Shown: positions 8,501 through 19,529 of the stretch, piece by piece
Layout of the letters: the number at the start of each line of letters is the position of its first letter
Position numbering within the stretch: the first letter of the stretch is position 1
From: a virus
Lineage: Duplodnaviria; Caudoviricetes
IMG/VR virus record: IMGVR_UViG_3300042197_002679
Coordinates: 1-59,621 of that record
Length of the DNA stretch: 59,621 nt
Strand: one strand, 5' to 3'
Translations under genes and position numbers: made by a program
Notes under the pieces: model-generated
Seen by the model: only the letters and a program-made list of their open reading frames with translations
Database searches by the model: none
What the model was told of the DNA's origin: nothing

Positions 8501-11500
8501 AGTGGTTCTGAGTACTATGTTACCAAAACAGATAATAATACTTTTAAATTATCTGAAGTTGGTGTCGGATCAACTGCAAAAGACTATTTTTATAGAACAA
8601 AACAATACATCAATTTTACCTCCACCGGTTCAGGAACACATTCTTTTAACTATTCAGATATAACAGTTTCTTTAATTGGAAAAATAGGTATTTCGTCTGT
8701 AGGACAACAAACATTTGAGGCTCAAATTCAACCGATATTTAGAGGAAGCGTAACTTCTGTCCATTTGTCAAATCAAGGAGTTGGATATGGATCATCCGAA
8801 ATTATTAATCTCGAAAGAGAACCTTTAGTAACATTATCTTCGGGACAAGATGCTCAATTATTTCCTGTAGTAAATGACGGAAAAATAACAGAGGTTTTGG
8901 TCTTAAACTCTGGAAAATCGTACAATTCTCCACCAAATTTAATTATCACTGGAGATGGAATCGGTGCAGTAATAACCCCAGTGGTTGTTAATGGTCTCCT
9001 AACTTCTGTTCGAGTTATAGAAAGTGGTAATGGATACACACAATCTGCAACTTCGGCAAGGGTTATTTTTCCTGGATCTGGAGTATCATTTAAAACAAAA
9101 ATACAAAAATGGAGAATAAATCTCTTTCAAAAATATTTAAATACTTTTACTGGAGATGACGGATTTATTCATCCTTCAGTTAATGAAAAATACCAATTAC
9201 AGTATTGTCACATATACGCTCCAAGAAAACTTAGAGAATCTATTTTTTCCACAGATCAAACTGGAAAAATTTTATATGGCAAAAGGGATTTAAAATTATC
9301 CGCAAATGTAGAAGTTAATTCCATTGACCATTCCCCAATTATTGGATGGGCTTATGATGGATATCCAATTTATGGTCCATATGGATATATTACAAAATCT
9401 GGTGGCATAGTTAAACAAATGAAGTCTGGATACAGACTGAATACCACAAGAGAATATGGTCCATCAATATCAATTTATCCTTTGGGATTTTTTGTCGAAG
9501 ATTATACGTATAAAAAAATAAGCGATGAAACAGTTCTTGATGAAAATAATGGACGATTTTGCATAACACCAGAATTTCCAAAAGGAACTTATGCTTATTT
9601 TGCAACATTTGATACTTTATCGGTCGATACTGCTCCTCCCTTTTTAGGGTACAAACGACCAGAATTTCCATACTTAATTGGAAATAATTTTAAAGCCATT
9701 CCAAACGAATTCAATTACAAATTAAGTTCAAATCAAGATAATTTGGATTTAAACAAAACAAATTGGTTTAGAAACACTGCACCATATAATTTATTAAATT
9801 ATGAATATGTAGGAATACCAAATAATCTTAATCAAAACGCAGTAATAACCTCAATAACGCCGGGAGAAATTGATTCTATTAGTATTGTATCGGGAGGAAA
9901 TAATTATAAAGTTAATGATGTTATTGCTTTTAATAATTCCCAAACTGAGGGATTCAATGCATCTGCAAAAGTAACAAGAGTTCTTGGAAAATCTGCTAAT
10001 ACAATAAGTGTTGCGACAAGCAGTATTACTAATGTTGAAATTTCTCCATCAGAAAATTTGGGGGTATATACCTTAATATGCAATAATCCACATAATTTTA
10101 AAAATGGAGATAAAATTTTAGTAACTGGTCTTTCTACCACATCTTCCAAAATTGAAGGATCTTACACTATTGGTATTGGATCAACCGCCGTTTTTTCTGT
10201 TGTTGGACTTGGAACAACTTCATCCGGAATTGGAAGTGTTGGGATAACTGGAATTGTTACATACTTTAATTTATCGGGAAGAATTGTAAATCTTAAAGAA
10301 AATGATATATTGAAAGTTGGGTCTGAGCAGATAAAAGTATTAAATGTAGATCCTCAGTTGTCAAGAATAAGAGTGCTTAGACAAGTTAATAATACTGTTG
10401 GAGTTGCACATAGTGCCACAACAATTGCATATGTCGATCCAAGAAGGTTGGATGTTGTTGTTGGTTTTGAAACAGTTTATAATTATAAACAAAATAAGGA
10501 AATATACTTCAACCCTATTGAATCTGTTGCAATAGGGACAAATTTTGGTGTTGGAATAGGAACAACAATATTTTTATCAAATCCCGGAACAGGAATAACT
10601 CAAATTTTTATTCCAACCCGATCAATTTATATAAAAAATCATAATTTAGAAACAGGTGATGAATTGACATATTCCCCAAATGGAGGAAACGGTATAGTTA
10701 TTGTTGAAAATGGAGTTGGAATTGGTACGACATTAAAAGATCAGCAAAAACTGTATGTTGCAAAAATAAATGAAGATCTTATTGGATTAGCAACAGTTAG
10801 AGTTGGATTGGGATCAACTGGTACTTTTGTTGGTATTGCAAGTACGGTGAGATCTTCTACAATTTTATCTTTTAGTGGCATAGGAACTGGTGTTTACCAT
10901 AGTCTTAAAACAAATTATGAAGTTATTACCGGTGAAATTTTAAGAAATATCGTTACTGTGTCTACGGCACAAACACATGGATTGCAAAATAATGATACTG
11001 TTTATGTAAACGTAAATCCGTCAATTTCTACATCCTACACCTTGGCGTATAACGATTACAACAGAAAGATTTTAATTAACCCAAAATCATTTACTTCTGG
11101 AGGAATTAATACTTTTACAAATACAATCACAATTATTGATCACGGTTTTAAAAGTGGTGATAAAGTTTTACATACATCACCAAACCCAGCACAAGGATTA
11201 TATGACAATTTTGAATATTTTGTTGTGCAAATAGATAAAGATAATTTTAAACTTTCAAATACTTATTATAATTCCATTCAACTTAAACCCTCAATAGTTG
11301 GAATTTCAAGCACTTCTTCTGGAACACTTTCACTCATAAACCCATCAATTACAGTATATAAGGATTCTACAATTATATTTGATTTGTCAGATTCTTCATT
11401 ATCATATATTAATCAATCTACACCGTATTCGGCTTTTGATTTAAATTTTTATCTTGATGAAAATTTTACAAAAATTTATGATAAAAATACAGATAGTGAA

Positions 11501-14500
11501 ACTTTTCAAGTTCAAAAATTTGGTGCTGTTGGGGTTTCTTCAAATGCAAGAACAATTTTAAATATCTCAAATGATAGTCCCCAAGTTTTATTCTATAAAT
11601 TAGATCCAGTTTATGACAGCGATCTTCCAATTACTAAACAAGAAATTAATGTTGATACTGAAGTTACATCATATAATAGAATTCTTTCAAAAAACAGTTT
11701 ATATAATGGAAAACATTCAGTATCCATTGCATCTACAAATTCATTTACATATACTTTAGATTTAATTCCAGAAAAAGGATCTTATATATCTTCAACATCA
11801 AAAATAAATTATGAAACTGATTCAATTTACGTTTATGGACCAATATCGAAAATTGACATAGAAAATTCTGGAAGAAATTATTATTCAATACCTAATGTTG
11901 AAAATGTTATTACTGAAATTGGATCTGGATCTATTCTTGACGTGACGAGTAAAAATATTGGAAGAATTAAAAATATTCAAATTAAAGATATTGGATTTGA
12001 TTTTCCCTCAGATAATACTTTAAGACCAAGTGCTTCACTTCCCCAAGTTCTTAAAATAAATCCTTTTACTTCATTTGAATCAATTGGAATTACATCTGTT
12101 GGTAGAGGTTACAACACCGCTCCAAAATTATTAGTTTTTGATGGCAAAACTAATGAATTAGTTCCAGATGTAGATTTAAAGTATAATTTAGGAGATGGTA
12201 CTGTCACAATTCTTAAAAATACATACGGACTCAATAATGTAACTCCTCGTATTTTACCAACACAAAATACAAATGGTGTTGGAATTGGTTCAATTTCTTT
12301 CAACAGTTCAAATAAAAGCGTAACTGTAATTCTTTCTGTTGGTTTTAGTACTTTTGGTTCTTTTCCTTTTAGCGTCAATGATAAAGTTCTTATAGAAAAT
12401 ATAAGTATTGGAATTGGATCTACTGGAAGAGGATTTAATTCTAAAAATTATAATTATGAGTTATTTACATTAACATCAGTGGATGAAAATATTGGTGGAA
12501 TTGGATCAGTATCTTATAGTTTATCCGGTCTTTTAAATGATGGGGATATTGTAGGAACTTTTGATGTCGCAAATTCTTCAGGAAGAATAATTCCGCAAAA
12601 ATATTTTCCAATTTTTAACCCAATATTAACTACAAATGACTACTTTGAAGGTGAAATTGTAAAATCTGCTACATCACAAGGAAGAGTTGAAAGTTGGGAT
12701 AATAAAAATAAAATACTAAGAATTTCTTCAAATGAAAATTTCAGTATTAATGAAATTATTGAAGGAATTTCATCAAAAACTCAAGGAGTAGCATCTTCTA
12801 TAACATATTTTGAGTCTTCATATAAATTAGGATCCGATTCAAAAGTATTTAATGGTTGGCAAACAGTTTCAGGATTTCTTAATAATAATTTACAAAGAGT
12901 ACAGGATAGTTTCTATTATCAAAAATTCTCATATTCTTTGAAATCTAAAATTGATTTTGACACATGGAATGATGCAGTTGGATCACTAAATCATACTTTA
13001 GGATTTAAAAAATTCTCAGATTATCAATTAGAATCCAGTTTACCTGAAGAAAATAAAAATTCTTTAGTAGTTGGTTTGTCAACAGATGTTGGATATTTTG
13101 AATTAATTAATGATTTAACATCATTTGCTAATTTAAATTGCGTATATGATTTCGATTTAGTTTCTGAAAATTCAATAAATCTTGACTCTAGAATAATTTC
13201 AGATGAAATATTATTTTCTAGTAGAATTTTAACAGATTATGAAGAGTCTGTAGGAAATAGAGTTCTTTTAATTGATGACTTAAGTAATTTATTCAATAGC
13301 AATCCAAGAGGAACTACTTTTAGTATAGTAAATACCTTTAAATTGTCTGAAAACAGAGCACAAAAATATATAACATTTATTACCGATAAAAGATTTTCCG
13401 CACAAAGACAACTATTGATAGTTGATTTAATTCATGATAATTCATTTGCATACATTAATCAATATGGGAGAGTAGAAACTCAATACGATCAAGGATCTTT
13501 CGATTTTTCAATTTCTGGAGATGAAGGACAACTTTTATTTTATCCAGTAAAATCTACCGTAAATGATTATAATATTACATGCATTTCATATAACTTGGAT
13601 GATAACTTACTTGGCGTTGGTAACACCATTATCGGTGAAATAGTTTTAATAGATACGGATAGTACAAATTTATCTGCAGGAATTACAACCACGATTGTTG
13701 GAATTTCTAGTGCATACAGTTCGGTAAAAGTTTTAGTTGAAATTACTCCAGATGTAAATTCGAAAGAATTTGAATTTATAGAATTAAATTTAGTACATGA
13801 TGGAGAAAATATTGAATTATTAGATTATGGGCAATTAACAACTTCACCTGGACCATTTTCAACATCTGGTCTTGGAAGTTATAGTGCATATTTTAGTGGA
13901 TCATTATTGAATATTGATTTTATTCCAAATTCTGGTGTTGGAATAGGAACGACCGGTGTCATCAATACAATTCAGGTTGGATTGACAAATTCGTCGATTA
14001 GTGGAATTGGAACAGTGGATATGAAACACGCCCGTATAGAATCAAGATCTACAAATATACCCTCTTCTAGTTCACCATCCGAAAATATTATAGGACAATA
14101 TCCAAATGACTATGATGCAGCATATTTCATTATTCAAATATCGGATACTACAAATAATAACTATCAAATGTCAGAGGTTATTGTTGTCGATGATTATATT
14201 TCTTCTTCAAGTTTTGGTACAACCTATGATACTGAATTTGGAATAGTCAAAACTTCCTCTGGATTAGGGACCATTGGAACAAGAGTATCTTTTGCTGGGA
14301 CAGTAGAACTTCTTTTTACACCAAATCCAAATATTAATGTACAAACAAAAGTTTATATGAATGCACTTAGGCATCAAGATGACAGCAAAGATCTTATAGA
14401 TTTTAATAATGGTACAATAGAGACATTTTTCTCAGAGTATACTGGCACTGAAAGAGATATTAAAAGATCTTTCAATTTAACACACAAGAATTATCCTATT

Positions 14501-17500
14501 TTTGAAAGATATTTTGACGCTAGCGATTCATCAATCGTTGATATTTCGGAAAATACTATTACCATACCAAATCACTTTTTTGTGACTGGAGAGAACGTAA
14601 TTTATTATCAATCTGGAGTTGGATCAACACAATCTATTGGAATTGGCACTACATCTTTAGTTGGAGTTGGAAATACTGATAAACTTCCATCCGGAATAAC
14701 AACAAGCATATATGTGGTTAAAGTTGATGAAAATAAAATAAAATTAGCGTCAAGTCCACAAAATGCACTTAAACCAATTCCAGCAGTTTTAAATATCACA
14801 AATGTTGGAATTGGAACATCGCATAGATTTGTTGCAACAAATCAAAATGCAAAAGTTCTTCTTACATTGGATAATGTAATCCAATCTCCAATTATTTCAA
14901 CTGTGGTAACTACCACACTTGCAGATCAAGTATTTACTACAGACGATTTAATTAAATTTAGTGGAATTTCTTCATTTTTTGGTAGTGATTTAATAAAAAT
15001 TGGGGACGAAATTATGAAAATAGAAGGAGTTGGTATTGGAAGTACAAATCTAATAAAAGTGCGTAGACAGTGGTTGGGAACCCCCCTATCTGGATATTCT
15101 ACCGGACAAAAAGTTACTAAAGTTGTCGGTAATTATAATATTATTGATAATACTTTAACTTTTGCCGAAGCTCCTTATGGAAATATTCCTATAGGAACAA
15201 GTACAAATTCTCCTGATGAACGAGATTGGGCAGGAATTTCCATTTCATCAAAATTTCAGGGAAGAACATTTATGAGGTCTGCGCCTCAGAATTCTTCGAA
15301 TGAAACATATCATAAAAATTATGTTTTTAATGATATTTCATCTGCTTTTGATGGTACAAATAAAACATTTACTTTAAAATCAAATGAATTAAATGTAACG
15401 GGAATATCTGCAGAAAATGCTATTATTTTAATAAACGATATTTTTCAGGGTCCTGGGATATCTTATGACTATACACTATCAGAAGCTGCTGGAATAACTT
15501 CCATAACATTTACAGGAACAGCGACATCAATATCATCGGATGTAAATACATCCAATTTACCCGCAGGGGGAATTATTGTATCTGTTGGATCTACGGAAGG
15601 ATTTGGGTATCAACCACTTATATCTGCGGGAGGAACTGCAATTGTATCTTCATCTGGAACAATTCAATCTATTTCTATAGGTAATATGGGATCTGGTTAT
15701 AGAGCTTCAACTAAATATCAAATTTTAACTGAAATTGAGTCATCAGTTGGTGTTGGATCTACAGAAATCTATTTAAAAAATCAAAATAGTGTTTTTGGTT
15801 TACTTAATTTACTAAACACTGGTTCAAATTGTAATATTGGAATTGGAACTTACATAACCCAAACAAATGTAGTTTCAATAGCATCAACATTCATTCGTAT
15901 TGGTGTTAGTGGTGTCAGTTCATATTCAATTCCAAAAGAAACCTCGGTGCTTATCGATATTTTAAACCCCCCTGTTGGGATAGTAAATATTGGTATTGCA
16001 AGTAGTTCTGTTGGAGTTTCAACCGTTACTCATATTGGATTTACAACTATTATTTCAGGAAACATATCAACATCAGTATCTATTACAAATGCTGGTACTG
16101 GATACACAAATACAAATTCGCCTTTAGTCATTATCGAGGATCCAGATTCATATACAAACGTTCCATTAATTTACAGTTCTTCCTTTGGGAGTGGATTTGG
16201 AACAGAATCTAAAATAGATATAGTTGTTGGGCAAGGATCCAGTATTATTGATTTTGAGATTACCAATACTGGATATGGATATGGTAATGGGGAAATTTTA
16301 ACTATTCCTACCGGAGGATTAACAGGGATTCCAACAACTTCGGGATTTAAAGAATTCCAGATAACAGTCCAATCAATTTTTACCGATGAATTTTCAGGGT
16401 GGTCAATCGGAGAACTGGAAGTTTTTGATAATTTTGATGAACTTTTTGATGGTGAAACTAAAAATTTCCAATTAAGAAAGTCCGGAACAATAAAATCAAT
16501 TGTTGCGGCAAAAGGATCAAACATTGATGTCAAAGATGTTATTTTAATTTTTATTAATGATATACTTCAAGTGCCTGGAGAAGGTTATATTTTTAATGGA
16601 GGAAGTGTTATAACCTTTACAGAAGCACCAAAAGTTGGAGATACATCAAAAATTATTTTTTATAGAGGTAGTGGATCAATAGATGTTATTTCGAGAGAAA
16701 TTATAGAAACTGTTAAAGTTGGAGATAGATTAATAATAGAAAATGACCAATCCTTTGGGCAAGGTTCATTTTTACAAGAGGATCCAAGAACTATAACTTC
16801 AGTGGATTCTACCAGTCAAGTTTCAACTCTGCCATATTTTGGTCCTGGAAATACCTCAGACGAAAATCTTCTTCGTCCTGTTGTTTGGTGCAGACAAACT
16901 GAAGATAAAATAATTAATGGTAAAGAAATCGGAAAAAATAGAGAACTTTATGAACCTTCCATTAATCCATTTGCTTATATGATCAAAAGTGTTGGTATAG
17001 GATCGACTATAATATATGTTGATAATTTAAGACCATTTTTTGATTCTAAAAATGAAAATGATACGTCTTTAACTTTCCAAAATAGCGTTAAATTAATATC
17101 ACAGGATACTGTGGCAGGAGCTGCTGCAACAGCAATTGTCTCTGGTATAGGAACTGTATCGTCAGTAGTAATATCCGATGGTGGAGTTGGATATACCACC
17201 GCTACCGTAAGTTTTGGTTCGACTATTGGCATTAAAACGACAACACAAGCATTTGGATCTGTAATTATTGGGGTTGGTGGAACAATTGTCGGGATTGCTA
17301 TTACGAGTTCTGGTGTTGGATATACAGCAACAAATCCACCACAAGTTCTCATTTCTTCACCAACACTTACTAAGGAAATAGATGATGTTGCATCTTATTT
17401 GGGAGATTCTGGATTAATTGTTGGATTTGGTACGACTACGGTTGGTGCAAATGATCAATTTATATTTGATCTTTATATTCCGGAAAATTCTTATCTAAGA

Positions 17501-17947
17501 AATTCATATTTAGTTGGAACAGCTATAACTTTAAGTCAAATATCCGTTAATGATTATTTTGTAGTTTATGAGTCTAATATTGGATCTTCATCAACTTCAT
17601 TCTCATCAAAAGATAATACCGGATCAACGATTGGAATTGGAACCAACTTTATCGATAATATCTATCAAGTTTCCTCTGTTTCCAGTTTATCTTCAAATAT
17701 AATTGGAATTGGAACAACTACAATTAAAAGAATTAATGTTATAGTTTCTGGAATTGGTTTTACAAATCATGGTATTGTAACAACATCAAATTATTTTGGT
17801 AGTTACAGTTGGGGCAAAATAATTCTTTCTAGTAGAAGTGAGAATAATTCTTTTAATTTCTATGGAAACAATGGAATTTCTGGAATCACTACATCAGCAA
17901 TTGTTTCCAGAACTTCTCCATTAAAATTTAGCAATTATCTCATTTAA
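5570..17947 (+). CDS. gp7: Giant baseplate wedge initiator (gp7-like), 4125 aa, repetitive beta-rich protein with a YHYH-like domain
   Basis: Lies between gp6 and gp8; N-terminal QLPAYVREEFP..FLKQYY and KDFYLSRGT..S; QDSFYYQKFSYSLKS..W..H..G motif; many G-x-G-Y repeats. Confidence 0.8.
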   Translation: MTVKRIQFSNIVQNQLPAYVREEFPLISEFLKQYYISQEFQGAPLDLIQNIDEYIKLNETTNLSETLILGTDATFDDDTIVIDLIASPTGTDGFPDSYGLLKINNEIITYTGKTFSSFTGCIRGFSGITTYVTENNPEQLTFSTSSAEEHAGSVYDETTGELIFLGSKINNLNALFLKEFLTKIKHQFLPGLDGRNLNSQLNQNLFIKQSKDFYLSRGTDRSFEILFKSLYNEDVKIVRPGDYLITPSNANYTITNNLVVESISGDPLQLKNSTIFQDKYGDTFTKSYAPITKVEKVISGIGQTFYKISYDAGYNRDIRVEGALYGNFKVHPKTRLIGQVSAGTTIIDVDSTVGFNNSGELFVTYEDTTTGIVSYTSKSLTQFYGCSGINGEILDKSDVGINTYAYGKYFLDGSEEIVKFRISSVLNSIDYPDNTYYNSINDSILIKTLGSKAKDFVSKNWFYNISSTYQVLSISIADSSNNTYRLTLDTEHYLKIGDKIKIFGSDNIEKDSFVVEILSDKSFIITGQGQLSLTDTYTVKRKLLKGESNTFPNISNFSANVQNVYTDSSETGSKSKKILVSSQSLPYYNGQPLDATDRSVVFSGTFLGNEFAISSSDHNFYTGDAVYYKSSSSVPLFDEGLYFIKRVNSTKIKLSKSRTDIFNLKFVSVDNETTVTNDKLIPYKFYLKTLYPQNLLREISEPISDGKLYETIPGTTGILINGVEILNYKSTDTLYYGKLDEIEVISPGNNYDIIDPPILNIADNVGTGATGYVTVSGSLKEIRILDSGFDYIETPTVSITGGNGVGAIANVNMKLIEHSTEFFSDFGSSQVSLGSSLSTIGFGTYHKFRNAEQVIYQTQSQLAIGGITTNSSYFVSVVNPLTVKLHKTQIDAISGINTVVLTSYGIGKHNLKSYNKKSVVESINVISEGVGYQNKQRTSNSSGISTFSNQILITNHDYASGEIVKYVASGSPVGGLISGSEYYVTKTDNNTFKLSEVGVGSTAKDYFYRTKQYINFTSTGSGTHSFNYSDITVSLIGKIGISSVGQQTFEAQIQPIFRGSVTSVHLSNQGVGYGSSEIINLEREPLVTLSSGQDAQLFPVVNDGKITEVLVLNSGKSYNSPPNLIITGDGIGAVITPVVVNGLLTSVRVIESGNGYTQSATSARVIFPGSGVSFKTKIQKWRINLFQKYLNTFTGDDGFIHPSVNEKYQLQYCHIYAPRKLRESIFSTDQTGKILYGKRDLKLSANVEVNSIDHSPIIGWAYDGYPIYGPYGYITKSGGIVKQMKSGYRLNTTREYGPSISIYPLGFFVEDYTYKKISDETVLDENNGRFCITPEFPKGTYAYFATFDTLSVDTAPPFLGYKRPEFPYLIGNNFKAIPNEFNYKLSSNQDNLDLNKTNWFRNTAPYNLLNYEYVGIPNNLNQNAVITSITPGEIDSISIVSGGNNYKVNDVIAFNNSQTEGFNASAKVTRVLGKSANTISVATSSITNVEISPSENLGVYTLICNNPHNFKNGDKILVTGLSTTSSKIEGSYTIGIGSTAVFSVVGLGTTSSGIGSVGITGIVTYFNLSGRIVNLKENDILKVGSEQIKVLNVDPQLSRIRVLRQVNNTVGVAHSATTIAYVDPRRLDVVVGFETVYNYKQNKEIYFNPIESVAIGTNFGVGIGTTIFLSNPGTGITQIFIPTRSIYIKNHNLETGDELTYSPNGGNGIVIVENGVGIGTTLKDQQKLYVAKINEDLIGLATVRVGLGSTGTFVGIASTVRSSTILSFSGIGTGVYHSLKTNYEVITGEILRNIVTVSTAQTHGLQNNDTVYVNVNPSISTSYTLAYNDYNRKILINPKSFTSGGINTFTNTITIIDHGFKSGDKVLHTSPNPAQGLYDNFEYFVVQIDKDNFKLSNTYYNSIQLKPSIVGISSTSSGTLSLINPSITVYKDSTIIFDLSDSSLSYINQSTPYSAFDLNFYLDENFTKIYDKNTDSETFQVQKFGAVGVSSNARTILNISNDSPQVLFYKLDPVYDSDLPITKQEINVDTEVTSYNRILSKNSLYNGKHSVSIASTNSFTYTLDLIPEKGSYISSTSKINYETDSIYVYGPISKIDIENSGRNYYSIPNVENVITEIGSGSILDVTSKNIGRIKNIQIKDIGFDFPSDNTLRPSASLPQVLKINPFTSFESIGITSVGRGYNTAPKLLVFDGKTNELVPDVDLKYNLGDGTVTILKNTYGLNNVTPRILPTQNTNGVGIGSISFNSSNKSVTVILSVGFSTFGSFPFSVNDKVLIENISIGIGSTGRGFNSKNYNYELFTLTSVDENIGGIGSVSYSLSGLLNDGDIVGTFDVANSSGRIIPQKYFPIFNPILTTNDYFEGEIVKSATSQGRVESWDNKNKILRISSNENFSINEIIEGISSKTQGVASSITYFESSYKLGSDSKVFNGWQTVSGFLNNNLQRVQDSFYYQKFSYSLKSKIDFDTWNDAVGSLNHTLGFKKFSDYQLESSLPEENKNSLVVGLSTDVGYFELINDLTSFANLNCVYDFDLVSENSINLDSRIISDEILFSSRILTDYEESVGNRVLLIDDLSNLFNSNPRGTTFSIVNTFKLSENRAQKYITFITDKRFSAQRQLLIVDLIHDNSFAYINQYGRVETQYDQGSFDFSISGDEGQLLFYPVKSTVNDYNITCISYNLDDNLLGVGNTIIGEIVLIDTDSTNLSAGITTTIVGISSAYSSVKVLVEITPDVNSKEFEFIELNLVHDGENIELLDYGQLTTSPGPFSTSGLGSYSAYFSGSLLNIDFIPNSGVGIGTTGVINTIQVGLTNSSISGIGTVDMKHARIESRSTNIPSSSSPSENIIGQYPNDYDAAYFIIQISDTTNNNYQMSEVIVVDDYISSSSFGTTYDTEFGIVKTSSGLGTIGTRVSFAGTVELLFTPNPNINVQTKVYMNALRHQDDSKDLIDFNNGTIETFFSEYTGTERDIKRSFNLTHKNYPIFERYFDASDSSIVDISENTITIPNHFFVTGENVIYYQSGVGSTQSIGIGTTSLVGVGNTDKLPSGITTSIYVVKVDENKIKLASSPQNALKPIPAVLNITNVGIGTSHRFVATNQNAKVLLTLDNVIQSPIISTVVTTTLADQVFTTDDLIKFSGISSFFGSDLIKIGDEIMKIEGVGIGSTNLIKVRRQWLGTPLSGYSTGQKVTKVVGNYNIIDNTLTFAEAPYGNIPIGTSTNSPDERDWAGISISSKFQGRTFMRSAPQNSSNETYHKNYVFNDISSAFDGTNKTFTLKSNELNVTGISAENAIILINDIFQGPGISYDYTLSEAAGITSITFTGTATSISSDVNTSNLPAGGIIVSVGSTEGFGYQPLISAGGTAIVSSSGTIQSISIGNMGSGYRASTKYQILTEIESSVGVGSTEIYLKNQNSVFGLLNLLNTGSNCNIGIGTYITQTNVVSIASTFIRIGVSGVSSYSIPKETSVLIDILNPPVGIVNIGIASSSVGVSTVTHIGFTTIISGNISTSVSITNAGTGYTNTNSPLVIIEDPDSYTNVPLIYSSSFGSGFGTESKIDIVVGQGSSIIDFEITNTGYGYGNGEILTIPTGGLTGIPTTSGFKEFQITVQSIFTDEFSGWSIGELEVFDNFDELFDGETKNFQLRKSGTIKSIVAAKGSNIDVKDVILIFINDILQVPGEGYIFNGGSVITFTEAPKVGDTSKIIFYRGSGSIDVISREIIETVKVGDRLIIENDQSFGQGSFLQEDPRTITSVDSTSQVSTLPYFGPGNTSDENLLRPVVWCRQTEDKIINGKEIGKNRELYEPSINPFAYMIKSVGIGSTIIYVDNLRPFFDSKNENDTSLTFQNSVKLISQDTVAGAAATAIVSGIGTVSSVVISDGGVGYTTATVSFGSTIGIKTTTQAFGSVIIGVGGTIVGIAITSSGVGYTATNPPQVLISSPTLTKEIDDVASYLGDSGLIVGFGTTTVGANDQFIFDLYIPENSYLRNSYLVGTAITLSQISVNDYFVVYESNIGSSSTSFSSKDNTGSTIGIGTNFIDNIYQVSSVSSLSSNIIGIGTTTIKRINVIVSGIGFTNHGIVTTSNYFGSYSWGKIILSSRSENNSFNFYGNNGISGITTSAIVSRTSPLKFSNYLI

Positions 17948-17978
17948 ATCAATAATAAATAAATAAAAACTCGGTAAA

Positions 17979-19523
17979 ATGGCAGCAATTATAACTGACC
18001 AAATTAGAATATTAAATGCAAAAAATTTCATTGCAGATATTGAAACTAATGCATATTATTCTTTTATAGGTCTTCCAAACCCAAGCGATTATCAATCTGA
18101 TTGGGACAGCGATCCTCCTTCACCCAAAGACAATTTTGATCAAGAGAATGATTATTGGGATACAATGATTGCTTTGAAAAAAATCAATTCTTCAGATGTT
18201 AGACAAGTAATTGCAAGAAGAATGTGGGCATCTGGAACCACTTATGATTATTATCGACACGATTATAGTAGGTCAAACACAGCTAAAATTTCTGGATCAA
18301 CAAATTTATATTCTTCCACATTTTATGTTATAAATGAAGATTATCAAGTTTATATTTGCCTTCAGAATGGAACAGATCCAGATAATCCAAATGGAAGACC
18401 ATCCTTGGACCAACCAACTTTTACGGATTTAGAACCAAGGTCTGCAGGAAGTAGTGGAGATGGGTACATTTGGAAATATCTTTATACTATTAAACCTAGT
18501 GAAATTATTAAATTTGAAACTTCTGACTTTATCCCTGTTCCAGAAAATTGGGAAACTTCAACTACAAATGCTGCCGTAAGAGACAATGCTGTTGACGGTT
18601 CAATTAAAATCGTTGTAATAACAAATCGTGGAGTTGGGGTTGGAACCGCAAATAGAACCTATACAAGAGTACCTATTAAGGGAGATGGTACGGGTGCTGA
18701 GTGTACTATTATTGTAAATAATGATTCCCAGGTAGATTCAATAACAATTTCTAATCAAGGTTCTGGATATACTTTTGGAAATGTCGATTTAGTTGCTGGG
18801 GGAGTTCCTACAGGAACAGTTAGACCGTCATTTGATGTCATCATATCCCCAAAGGGTGGGCATGGAGCAGATATTTACCGAGAGTTGGGAGCTTACAATG
18901 TTCTTCTATATTCAAGAATTGAAAATGATAACGAAAATCCAGATTTTATCACAGGAAACCAAATATCTAGAATTGGGATAGTTCAAAATCCAGAAGTAAC
19001 TTCGGGAACAGTTTTAAGTGCTAATAAATCTAGTGCAGTATTTGCACTTAAACTTACCGGTATAGGATATAGTTCTGCATCTTTCACATCAGATTCTTAT
19101 GTTACTCAGACAGTATCGGCAGGAACAACTGCGGTTGGAAGAGTTGTAAGTTATGATTCTACAACAGGTGTTTTAAAATATTGGCAAGATCGCTCATTGG
19201 CAGGATTTAATACCGTAGGCACTGCCCAAACATCCCCACAATATGGATTTGATCTAACAGAATTTACATCATCACCATCTACCGGAGGAAGTTTAACAAT
19301 TATTCCATCATCTGGATCAAATTTAACAATAGATTCTTTATTTACCGGTATAAGTACTACAATAAATAATAGAACATATTACCTCGGTCAAAATTTTACC
19401 AACGGTATTTCATCTCCAGAAGTTAAAAAATATTCTGGAAATATCATATATGTTGATAATAGACCATCAATTACAAGGTCATCCAATCAAAAAGAAGATA
19501 TCAAAGTCATTTTGCAGTTCTAA
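17979..19523 (+). CDS. gp8: Baseplate wedge subunit gp8
   Basis: MAAIITDQIR, FYVINEDYQVYICLQN, DGYIWKYLYTI and IIYVDNR..ITR..QKEDIK.ILQF. Confidence 0.93.
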   Translation: MAAIITDQIRILNAKNFIADIETNAYYSFIGLPNPSDYQSDWDSDPPSPKDNFDQENDYWDTMIALKKINSSDVRQVIARRMWASGTTYDYYRHDYSRSNTAKISGSTNLYSSTFYVINEDYQVYICLQNGTDPDNPNGRPSLDQPTFTDLEPRSAGSSGDGYIWKYLYTIKPSEIIKFETSDFIPVPENWETSTTNAAVRDNAVDGSIKIVVITNRGVGVGTANRTYTRVPIKGDGTGAECTIIVNNDSQVDSITISNQGSGYTFGNVDLVAGGVPTGTVRPSFDVIISPKGGHGADIYRELGAYNVLLYSRIENDNENPDFITGNQISRIGIVQNPEVTSGTVLSANKSSAVFALKLTGIGYSSASFTSDSYVTQTVSAGTTAVGRVVSYDSTTGVLKYWQDRSLAGFNTVGTAQTSPQYGFDLTEFTSSPSTGGSLTIIPSSGSNLTIDSLFTGISTTINNRTYYLGQNFTNGISSPEVKKYSGNIIYVDNRPSITRSSNQKEDIKVILQF

Positions 19524-19529
19524 AGAATT

